From contig CBDBCQ010000001.1 of assembly GCA_965202965.1 (NCBI GenBank), positions 6,626-70,625 of the forward strand: 64,000 nucleotides of DNA. The letters run 5' to 3'. The stretch comes from Dehalococcoidia bacterium. Lineage in GTDB: Bacteria; Chloroflexota; Dehalococcoidia; Lucifugimonadales; UBA1123. The position numbers were made by a program, and so were the translations under genes. Below the pieces are notes generated by a model, which saw only the letters and a list, made by a program, of their open reading frames with translations, did no database searches and was not told where the DNA came from. This document shows, one piece after another, positions 9,346 through 17,504 of the stretch. Every line of letters begins with the position of its first letter. The stretch's first letter is position 1.

Positions 9346-10720
9346 CGACTAAGGCGTGTTGACATTCAGGATTCCCCTGTCCGTCAGCACACAGTCAGCG
9401 GTGTCGAAGACATGCTCCGGCTGTGCTGTTCTCCGATCATCCGGGCCGGTTTCACGACAGGTCGAGTCTGCCGCCAGCGCCTTCCCGTCACGGAGCGTCA
9501 CCCCTCTGCCTGAAGGGAGGGTCAACAGGTTGCGCAGGTTGACCGCTGCGTTCAGATTCCTCTCGTGTGTTACTCCGCAATGCCCGCACCGCCAGCGTCG
9601 CTCACGCTTGAGTTTCGCGTTCACGACCCCGCAGGCAGAGCAGGTCTTGCTCGATGGATAGAACCGGTCGGCAAGCACCACATCACAGTGATGCCACTCG
9701 CCTTTATACAGGAGCTGTCGCCTTATCTCTCCCATCCCGGCATCAGACTGCGCCTTCGGCGTCAGACCCGCCATCATACCCTTGACATTCAGGTCCTCGA
9801 TGACCAGTGACTTGAACTTGTTCACCAGAGCCGAGGTCATCTGGTGCTGGGCATTGTGCCTGAGTCCCGTGATGCGTCTCTGGCACCTGTCTATGCGCCG
9901 CTGCGCCTCCCACCAACCACGGCTGCCGGGCTGCCGGCGCACCTGCGCCCTCTGCCATCGTCGCAGCTTCCCCTCTGCCCGATAGTATGCCTTCGGGTGT
10001 TCCCAGACCTGTCCCTCAGAGTCGGTCGCCATCGGGCTGATGCCGGTATCGACAGCGCCCGCGGCGATGCGAGTGTCGGGTTCAGGGCGAACGGTTGGCG
10101 CTCTCCAGTATTTCACGCTCAACACCCACCTGCCGTTCCTTCGGCTGATATGAGCCTCGTGGGGTATTCCGTCAGGCAGCGTGTGCGCCAGCTTCACGGA
10201 ACCGATTACCGGCAGCCCGATGCGCCGCTTGCCGTCATACCTGAGCTGCATGACACCGGACGCCGCCCTGAATGAGCCCGCGCCCGTCCTGCGCCTCTTC
10301 CTGAAACGGGGCGGCCCTGCCGGATGGCTGGGGTCGCGCCAGTTCTTCACGGCAGTGCCGAAGTCCATGAACGCGCCTTCCTGCACACGACTCGCCACAT
10401 CTGTGACGAACGGGTAGTCCTCACGCTTGCAGGCGTTGAATTCCTTGTAGATGTCCTGCCAGGAGGGCCAGGACATCCTGTTGGTGCGGCAGAACCGGTG
10501 AGTGGCGACGCAGAGATTGTAGATGAAGCGTGTGATGCCGATGGCGCGGCGGCAATACTGTTCCTGTCTGAGGGTGAGGCGGAGCGGCACCGAATAGCCC
10601 GCCGGCATCCAGCCCTCCGGACAGGACGACCTGCTTCTGTGGTTGTTTCGCGTGTGCTGCGCTCCCATGTTCGTATTATACCGCATCTGGCAAGCGCAAA
10701 TCTGAATGTCAACACACCCT
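9346..10720 (-). mobile_element. TnpB-only element bounded by a perfect 14-bp inverted repeat
   Basis: GTGTTGACATTCAG at 9356-9369 and its exact reverse complement CTGAATGTCAACAC at 10702-10715 bracket the tnpB ORF. No convincing target-site duplication was seen. No tnpA is present. Confidence 0.6.
9349..10668 (-). CDS. tnpB: TnpB (IS605 OrfB / IS607-associated type) RNA-guided nuclease homolog with Glu at the RuvC-III Asp position
   Basis: Closest to the IS607-linked copy at 41533..42777 (MGAQHTRNN... versus MPGAHWRRR...). Motifs are AVDTGISP (RuvC-I), LVIEDLNVKGM (RuvC-II), CSACG...CGHCG zinc finger and THERNLNAAVNL (RuvC-III position is E). The ORF track extends to 10725, but the start at 10668 is preferred by alignment to the paralog. 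Confidence 0.85.
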   Translation of the reverse strand: MGAQHTRNNHRSRSSCPEGWMPAGYSVPLRLTLRQEQYCRRAIGITRFIYNLCVATHRFCRTNRMSWPSWQDIYKEFNACKREDYPFVTDVASRVQEGAFMDFGTAVKNWRDPSHPAGPPRFRKRRRTGAGSFRAASGVMQLRYDGKRRIGLPVIGSVKLAHTLPDGIPHEAHISRRNGRWVLSVKYWRAPTVRPEPDTRIAAGAVDTGISPMATDSEGQVWEHPKAYYRAEGKLRRWQRAQVRRQPGSRGWWEAQRRIDRCQRRITGLRHNAQHQMTSALVNKFKSLVIEDLNVKGMMAGLTPKAQSDAGMGEIRRQLLYKGEWHHCDVVLADRFYPSSKTCSACGVVNAKLKRERRWRCGHCGVTHERNLNAAVNLRNLLTLPSGRGVTLRDGKALAADSTCRETGPDDRRTAQPEHVFDTADCVLTDRGILNVNTP

Positions 10721-10891
10721 AGCAAGGTCTGTCCCTTCGGCTAAGTTACTGGACAGGCCGCTGCTCCGAGCAACAGCCAAATGGGGCGGCCGATTCTGAA
10801 CGAAATAGAGATCATCGGCAAGCTCCAGATTACATCGACGCGAAGATTTTAGCAAAGGTGGCAACAACCTGCTTTCAGAGCCTGCTCGCAC

Positions 10892-10926
10892 AAAAAAAGC
10901 CCCCGTCCAATCGCTCAGACGGGGGC
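10892..10926 (-). terminator. Rho-independent terminator of the 2108-aa gene
   Basis: On the minus strand: GCCCCCGTC-(10-nt loop)-GACGGGGGC followed by TTTTTTT, about 100 nt past the stop at 11024. Confidence 0.8.
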
Positions 10927-11023
10927 TACTCATTTCTATGTCTTACTAGCTAAACGTTCACAGCTATCTGTCGGGTTAGCCGCTCCCCCGGCCGTTGCCG
11001 ACCGGGGAAGCACTGCTTACCTT

Positions 11024-14000
11024 CTAGTCGCTTCCGCCGCCACTGATGTATCCGCTGGGAACTAGGCTGGCTGCCTCCCTGACGAATATCCAGTATGCGT
11101 CGCCGATCCTCAGCGTGTTGTTCATCTGCATATCCGGATCCAGTACCGTCTGCCACTGGTTCCTGATGGTGTCGAATCCGAGCACCCTAGCCAGGTCCAG
11201 ACCGTCGTCCAGGTTCTGCAGGTAAACATCCGCGCTAACCGTGTCTCCACCAGAGCCATTGCCACTGATGTCGGTCACAGGTATCAGGTTCCAACCGGCG
11301 TACAGCGCGATCACAGGCGGCTGTATCGGCGTACCGGTTCCGGCAGCTCCGCCAGCCAGTCTCGGGATGCTAACTTCCCAATCCTGGATCGCGTCGCTGA
11401 GTACCCAGTATCCGCGGCTGCCACTGATCTCTGACAAGTCGCCCTGCCAGTCGCTGTCAAGCGTCTCACGCACTGCAACCATCCATCCACCCGGTACGAC
11501 CGGATCGTAGGTGTACACAGTCCGTACTTCAACACCAGGTCCGAATACCGATCCGATGCTGCTGTCTGCAGGCTCACCCGGCAAGCTTACCAGGTTCCAG
11601 CCCGGGTTCAGCCGGCGCTCGAACGGATCCCTGTCGCTGACCTCGAAGTCGATCTCAAGAACGTCCTCTAGCATGTTGCCAGCTACGTCCATCGCCTGGA
11701 TCTTCGCCGTGTGGTCGCCGAGCGCTACGTTCTCAAGGCTAACCAGGAATGTCTGGTCGTCCGTCGTCTTCACGCTGTCGGTCATGTCCACGCCGTCAAG
11801 CTCGAACATGGTGATTACCACGTCGTCGAAGTTGTCCTCGAGGTATTCGCTGTTCTCGTTCGTGCAGTTCGCCATCACGTAGTCGTTGTCGTCATCGTCG
11901 CGGCAGTCCGTGCTGTGGTTAACCGTGAAGTCAATCTCCACGAACAACGGGGACCTGAACTCGATGTCCGGCTCGTTGTCGGTGATCATATTGCCGCTCA
12001 CCCTTACGTTGGGCTTCGCGAGGTTGATGTCACCCTCCCAGAACACTGCGTCGTCAACGTTGACGTCACCATCTGAGTCGAAGAAGTCGGTCACGATGCT
12101 GTCCGGTGCGATGCCTTCGCTGCCAGGGTTCTCCTGCGGCGAGCGGTCAACTCCGCTGATCCGGAAGCTGTAGTAGCCGGTGTCCTTAGGCTCGGTAACT
12201 GTCACGATCCACTCGGTGTTGGATACCTTCTCCACACTATTGTTAAGCGTTCCGCCCTTTGCGGCGCTGCTGTCCTGGCAGTAGTTGTTATTGACGATCT
12301 CGCCCCTGTCGCGGGTGCCCTTCTTGTCGTCAGCGCTGCCCTTAATGTAGCAGGATGCCGTGCCCTTGGTGTCAACGCTGTCCGCGTTCACATAGGTAAC
12401 CGTAACGGTCGGGCGCGTCGCGTCCAGGCGCTCGTCGGACGTCACTACCAGTGTAACTTCATCGCCGTCACCGGCTAGGACCTGGTCCTGTGCCGTCTCA
12501 AGCGTCGAGGTTATCGACACTACCGTGAACTTAGGCGAAATCCAGTCGTCTGCCTCGTGGTCTCCGTCGTCCTGCTCGTTGCCCGCTCCGTCCTCAACAC
12601 CGTTCGGCACTATCGTGACGTCTGGCGTCTCGTCCGCTAGCAGCTCGTCTTCAAGCTCGACGAATACCGAGTTCTCAAGGTCCCGGTAGCGATCTATGTG
12701 CCGCAGGTTCTTGCTGCCTTCGGCCGCGTACCTGCCGCTGTCAGACCAATCGACGTCATCGTCGTCCGGGTTCTCGTAAACAGTTACGCTCTTGATCGAG
12801 TGACCTTCGACTACGAAGTCGTCAGCCTCTACCGTCGCCGGGTTCAGCGTCGTCAGGTCGTTGAAGATGACCTGGATGTAGTTGCGGTTGTCGTCGTACT
12901 CGTTGTCGGTCGAGTCCCAGGTCAAGCCTGTCCGAGCCTCTACGAATACCGGGTCCTCGGTGTCCACAGTGATCTCGTTAAGCTCTTCCTCGTCATCGTT
13001 TCCGTCAGGATCGTGGTACGCGCAGTTGCCCGCGTTGTCGCACACGATGAAGGTCACATAGTATGTATCGTTTTCAGTCAGGACTATCGTCGTCTCGACG
13101 TCGTAGCCGTTTTCAATCTCATCGAAGTCCTTGTCGTCCCTGATCGGAGCGAAGCCGAAGCCGCCCTCGCTCGCCACGTACTCACCGTCCTGCATCCTGC
13201 CCGGGCAGTAGAGCGAGTCATCCTCGTGGATGTGCGCCGCGAAGTTCATAACTACGTCCGTGCCCGTAGGCTGCGTTTCCGCGACCGAGCACTGGCCCAC
13301 GCCGCCTGCGTTCTTGCTGATCAGGGCAACAACCGGCGTGTAGTCGGCGTCGCCGTCAGCGTCAGGCAGGTCCTCCGGCTCAGGCAGACCGGAATGGTCA
13401 TCCGTAATCGTGAACGTGTAGTCCACGTCGGCATCGTCGAACGCGCGCCCGTCCTCAGGAGCAAAGTTGCTTACCTCAGGGGCCTCGTTCTCCACATCGA
13501 TGTTGGCACGCAGGTTGCCAAACTCGACCTCTACCTCGTCCTCTTCGTCCACCTTCAGCGCCGGCACGCCGCCGTCGGTGTGCTTGTAAACCGCTGCGTC
13601 GCCAGGAGTCGAGTCACTGGAGAGCTCGACCAGCATAAGCGCTGCCACGAACTCGTTCTCGTCATCCGCGCTCCTGTATGCCTGCAGCTTCAGTGAGTCG
13701 TCAGCAGAGTCGCTGTTGACGTTCACTATCACGCACTGGTTGCCGTTGCCGCAACTCGGGTTCGGGGACTCGGCGGTAACAGCTATACGCAGAACCGTGC
13801 CCCAGTTCGCCCACTCGGTCTCAACGAAGTTCATCGGGCTGCTGCCGTCTGTCGCCGGCAGGTCTGCCGGGCGCTCAGGGACTGCAGCGCTGTATGTGGT
13901 CTTCGTGTTCGACAGCGCGCTCATCGGGTTGCCCATGGCCGTACCCGGAACCGGGTTTGCCTTGCTTACGTCAAGCGTGCTTACCGAGTCTTCCTCGCCT

Positions 14001-17000
14001 GTAACCGTAATTCTCACGGATGCGGTCGCTTCGCGAGAGCCGTCGCTGGCAACTACCGTCACCGCGCAGCCGTCGGAGCCGCAAGGAGTCATCGCATTGT
14101 CGGCGTCAAGAGACTCGAGAGTCATCAGGTCGCCGGTATCGGAAATCATGAACGACTTGGCGTCCGCGCCGCGCAGGCTGTAGCTGACCGCATCGCCGTC
14201 GGCGTCGCTCGCCGAGTAGTTGGCAAGCATCGTGCCGCGCGCCGTGTTCTCCGCAACACTCAAGCTAGTTGCAGGTGCGCTGTCAAACACCGGATCGTTG
14301 TCGTTCACATTGCTCAGGTTGACCGTCAGAAGCAGCGTGTCATTCAGACCATCGGGGTCGTTCACTTCCACGTGCACTCTGGCATCGTACCCGGCATCTT
14401 CATAGTCGAGGCCCGGGCCGTCGCTGCGCACATGCAGCTCACCGCTCCATACCTCAACACCCTTAACCATCTCGCTGTCAGTGTTCTGAATCTCGAACAG
14501 GTCCTGAGACTGTCCTTGACGCAGGCTGAAGGTAAGGTCATCTTCGTCCTCGTCAGTAGCCGTGAAGGTGAATATCACAGCGACGCTGCCGGTATTCTCC
14601 GGTATCGTCGTCACTGCGGCGTCACCCAGCGGGCTCGTGAACTGCGGCGCCTCGTTGGCGTTCAGCACATGGACTGTGACGTCCATCTCGTCCGTCAGGC
14701 CGTCTTCGTCCGTCGCCCTCACCGTGAAGGAGTGGCTGCCGGCAGCCTCCGTGTCGAGCGCGCCGCTAACCGTCAGCGCACCGGTTGTGGGATGCACCCG
14801 GAACGGCGGCTTGCCCGCGCTGATCGAGTAGGTAATCGTTGTGCCCCCGTCCTCGTCCTCAGCGTTGATGCTGATAGGCGGGTCAGTGGCCGCCGGGCCA
14901 TCCTGGTCAGCCGGCTTCTCAAGAACCGGGTCACCGGCCTGCGCGGTCTCGTACACCCACGGGGTGCCCGCTATCGCGTCAAGTACCGGCGCTTCTTCAA
15001 CGTCCGTTACCGTCACGCGCACTGAAATCAGGCCCGCGAGGTCGCCGGCGGCGTCGTTCGCGTTCACCAGGAACGCAGGGTTGTCGCCGTCCTCGAAGTT
15101 CGGGGCGTTCAGAACTGTGACACTGCCGTCATTGGCGACTGCGTAGTTCGTGTTACCGCCGTCAACACCGCTCTCGATGCTGTAGGAGGTAGCGCTATCC
15201 ACAATTCCGGCAAGCGAGCAGCCCTCGCTGCCGTCCTGCATGCAGACGGTGCCATTCTCAGCAACCGTCACGCCTACGAAGTTGGAGGTGATCGCCGGCC
15301 GCGGCGCCACCGTTACCGAAACCGTGACAGTGATTGTCGCGTCCGGGTCGTCGTTCCAGCCGTCGCTAGCGGTCACCGTTATGGTGCTGGGGGTCGTATT
15401 ACCCGGCGCGGTGGGAAGATAAGTCAGAAGCAACTTGTCTTCGACGCTATGCACGATGTGCGATGGGTTGTTCGAAACTTCGAAGGTTACTGTGTTGCCG
15501 TCATCGTCACTCACCAGGTCCTGAAGGTCGGCAAGCTCCTGCGGCATATTGTCCGCCGCGGTCACCGTCGTCGAAAGCGCGAGAGTGCCGTCAGCGGCAT
15601 CACCGGCGAGCGCCACTGGCGCGTTCGCATCCACCGTAACGGTGGCGCTGATGTTCCTGTCATTCGCGGTTATGCCGTCAGAAACCGTAATCATGAAGGT
15701 GTGGGTGAGGTCGCCTCCGTCTCCATCCGCGATGTCAGCACTGCCGACACTTATCATGCCGCTGCTGCTGTTGATAGAGTACAGAGCCGAATCACCGCCT
15801 GACAGCGAGTAAGTCAGCACGTCGCCGTCATTGGCGTCGACGCCCGCGCTGGCATCGCCAACTGCGGTTCCAGCATCAACAAGAACGCCGGTAGCGTCAT
15901 TATTTTCCATAATGGTCGCCGTGAATGTGGCGGGCACCGTCGGCGCCATGTTCGACGCGGTTACGGTTATGCTCACTGCCTTCTTGACCGTCCTGTTGGC
16001 AAGACCCGCGTCACCGCTCACGGTAAGTTCGAGGTCGAGAGTTCCAACAGACAGGGAACCACCCTTGAACGTGAGCGTCATGTCGTCGTCATTGACTGAG
16101 AACATTTCGCTGCCGGTACCGGTCAGGATGCCGTCCAGGTACTCACCCGAAATGCCGCCACTGACATCGAAGTCACCTATAAGAGTACCCGCAGCTGTGC
16201 TCTGCGCTATCGTGAACTCATTATCAGACGTGATGTCGAGGGCTGCCCGAGAGTTTATGTCACCGGTAAGGGTAACGAGAACGCTGTCGTCAGCGGCATC
16301 GTCGCCCAGATCGTATAGCAACGCAATGCTAATTGCTTGCGTACCGCTCAACGCGGACGCCCCGGAGTTCATCACGAGCAACTGGAATTTGCCGCTTCCT
16401 TCTGCAGTCTCCTTGACCTGGAAGTCGCCAACCACACCATTATTCTCGATGCTGGCTGGCGAGCCGGTAACGTTACCGGTAACATCCCACTCGAGAGGAT
16501 TGCTCGCTATCGGATGACCCACAGCCGAAACGACGGCGCCCTTAAGGGCCTTCTCTGGAACGACGTCGAAAGCGAGACCACCAACCTCAACAGGAGCTGG
16601 CCCAACGTTAGTCACCGTAATGGTGACGTCTATCGCGTCACTTTCGCCGGCGGGGTCCGCAGCCGTCAGAGTGACCTGATAGGCGTTATCGCCATTGGCG
16701 TCTGACGGATTCTCATAGTCAGGTGACTCGTTGAAGGAGAGCACGCCATCCGAGATAGAGAAGTCGCCCGCGTCCGTGCCAGAAATCGACCACGTAACCG
16801 TGTCTCCATCAGGATCCGTCGCAGTGTAGGTCGCAACGGCACCTGTGCCGTTCTCGGCGTAGTCAACCGCGGCATCACCCGCAACCGTCGGTGCGGAGTT
16901 GGTCGTGACCGTTACAGTCACCGGACCGCCTACACCGTAGGAGGTATCATCCCCAGCACTGCTTAGAGTGCCACTAAAGTCAAAGGTGTCCTCTGTAGTC

Positions 17001-17350
17001 GTAGCCGTGACCTGGTAGGAGATCGAAGTTGCTCCTATGAGGTTGAAAACCAGCACGCCCTGGGCCACATCGGACGACGCGCTGAGAGTGGCTGTACCAA
17101 CAGAGGTGAGAGACCCATCCACATAGGTGAACTCAGGTGGTATCGTCTCCGTCACCCTGCCTGGCGCTGCAACGTTCGCAAGGGCGATCGTCACCGTCAC
17201 CGTCCCGCCTGGCTCTACTCGCGCTGGATCAAAGGACCGAGTGGCACTGGGATCACTTGTCTGTGCTGCCAAGGGAGACGAACTCGACATGAGCGTCAAG
17301 CCGCCAACCACGCTCAGCAGCAGTGCCGCCAAAATTATTAGTCTATTCAA
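11024..17350 (-). CDS. Giant secreted cadherin-repeat surface protein (2108 aa) with an unassigned C-terminal GWNL-repeat domain
   Basis: Signal peptide MNRLIILAALLLSVVGGLTLMSSSSPLAAQT. Many cadherin-type modules are present (e.g. TATDPDGDTVTWSISGTDAGDFSI, LSNVNDNDPVFDS, VLNANEAPQFTSP, VTDVEEAPVLD). The C terminus carries GWNLVSLPG and GWNLIPVTD. TTG start with an AAAGGAGAGAGG SD. No EF-hand tail. Confidence 0.85.
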   Translation of the reverse strand: MNRLIILAALLLSVVGGLTLMSSSSPLAAQTSDPSATRSFDPARVEPGGTVTVTIALANVAAPGRVTETIPPEFTYVDGSLTSVGTATLSASSDVAQGVLVFNLIGATSISYQVTATTTEDTFDFSGTLSSAGDDTSYGVGGPVTVTVTTNSAPTVAGDAAVDYAENGTGAVATYTATDPDGDTVTWSISGTDAGDFSISDGVLSFNESPDYENPSDANGDNAYQVTLTAADPAGESDAIDVTITVTNVGPAPVEVGGLAFDVVPEKALKGAVVSAVGHPIASNPLEWDVTGNVTGSPASIENNGVVGDFQVKETAEGSGKFQLLVMNSGASALSGTQAISIALLYDLGDDAADDSVLVTLTGDINSRAALDITSDNEFTIAQSTAAGTLIGDFDVSGGISGEYLDGILTGTGSEMFSVNDDDMTLTFKGGSLSVGTLDLELTVSGDAGLANRTVKKAVSITVTASNMAPTVPATFTATIMENNDATGVLVDAGTAVGDASAGVDANDGDVLTYSLSGGDSALYSINSSSGMISVGSADIADGDGGDLTHTFMITVSDGITANDRNISATVTVDANAPVALAGDAADGTLALSTTVTAADNMPQELADLQDLVSDDDGNTVTFEVSNNPSHIVHSVEDKLLLTYLPTAPGNTTPSTITVTASDGWNDDPDATITVTVSVTVAPRPAITSNFVGVTVAENGTVCMQDGSEGCSLAGIVDSATSYSIESGVDGGNTNYAVANDGSVTVLNAPNFEDGDNPAFLVNANDAAGDLAGLISVRVTVTDVEEAPVLDAIAGTPWVYETAQAGDPVLEKPADQDGPAATDPPISINAEDEDGGTTITYSISAGKPPFRVHPTTGALTVSGALDTEAAGSHSFTVRATDEDGLTDEMDVTVHVLNANEAPQFTSPLGDAAVTTIPENTGSVAVIFTFTATDEDEDDLTFSLRQGQSQDLFEIQNTDSEMVKGVEVWSGELHVRSDGPGLDYEDAGYDARVHVEVNDPDGLNDTLLLTVNLSNVNDNDPVFDSAPATSLSVAENTARGTMLANYSASDADGDAVSYSLRGADAKSFMISDTGDLMTLESLDADNAMTPCGSDGCAVTVVASDGSREATASVRITVTGEEDSVSTLDVSKANPVPGTAMGNPMSALSNTKTTYSAAVPERPADLPATDGSSPMNFVETEWANWGTVLRIAVTAESPNPSCGNGNQCVIVNVNSDSADDSLKLQAYRSADDENEFVAALMLVELSSDSTPGDAAVYKHTDGGVPALKVDEEDEVEVEFGNLRANIDVENEAPEVSNFAPEDGRAFDDADVDYTFTITDDHSGLPEPEDLPDADGDADYTPVVALISKNAGGVGQCSVAETQPTGTDVVMNFAAHIHEDDSLYCPGRMQDGEYVASEGGFGFAPIRDDKDFDEIENGYDVETTIVLTENDTYYVTFIVCDNAGNCAYHDPDGNDDEEELNEITVDTEDPVFVEARTGLTWDSTDNEYDDNRNYIQVIFNDLTTLNPATVEADDFVVEGHSIKSVTVYENPDDDDVDWSDSGRYAAEGSKNLRHIDRYRDLENSVFVELEDELLADETPDVTIVPNGVEDGAGNEQDDGDHEADDWISPKFTVVSITSTLETAQDQVLAGDGDEVTLVVTSDERLDATRPTVTVTYVNADSVDTKGTASCYIKGSADDKKGTRDRGEIVNNNYCQDSSAAKGGTLNNSVEKVSNTEWIVTVTEPKDTGYYSFRISGVDRSPQENPGSEGIAPDSIVTDFFDSDGDVNVDDAVFWEGDINLAKPNVRVSGNMITDNEPDIEFRSPLFVEIDFTVNHSTDCRDDDDNDYVMANCTNENSEYLEDNFDDVVITMFELDGVDMTDSVKTTDDQTFLVSLENVALGDHTAKIQAMDVAGNMLEDVLEIDFEVSDRDPFERRLNPGWNLVSLPGEPADSSIGSVFGPGVEVRTVYTYDPVVPGGWMVAVRETLDSDWQGDLSEISGSRGYWVLSDAIQDWEVSIPRLAGGAAGTGTPIQPPVIALYAGWNLIPVTDISGNGSGGDTVSADVYLQNLDDGLDLARVLGFDTIRNQWQTVLDPDMQMNNTLRIGDAYWIFVREAASLVPSGYISGGGSD

Positions 17351-17504
17351 GGCCTCTCTCCTTTAACTTGGTTTAGTAGCTCCGTCTATTTGGCTCGATA
17401 GATCCATTCACCGCTGCAGATCCGTTCACTCCTGTGGACTCCGCACTTGCCTCGACCACAGGGGAAGCAAACGGATCTGCCGTACTCTTTATGGCCCTTT
17501 TTCT
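17351..17504 (-). promoter_or_regulatory. Conserved 154-nt leader/intergenic region with a nested hairpin (duplicated at 5014-5167)
   Basis: GATCCGTT(17419-26)...CCTGTGG(17431-37)...CCACAGG(17456-62)...AACGGATC(17470-77). No U-tract follows, so it is not a canonical terminator. A strong SD and the TTG start of the 2108-aa gene lie downstream. Confidence 0.5.

Noticed and set aside
9356-9369. TTGACA inside the 14-bp repeat acting as an outward-facing -35 box that drives the metalloprotease gene.
   Set aside because: The hexamer reads into the element (plus strand), away from the minus-strand gene 5168..9307, and no properly spaced -10 follows it.
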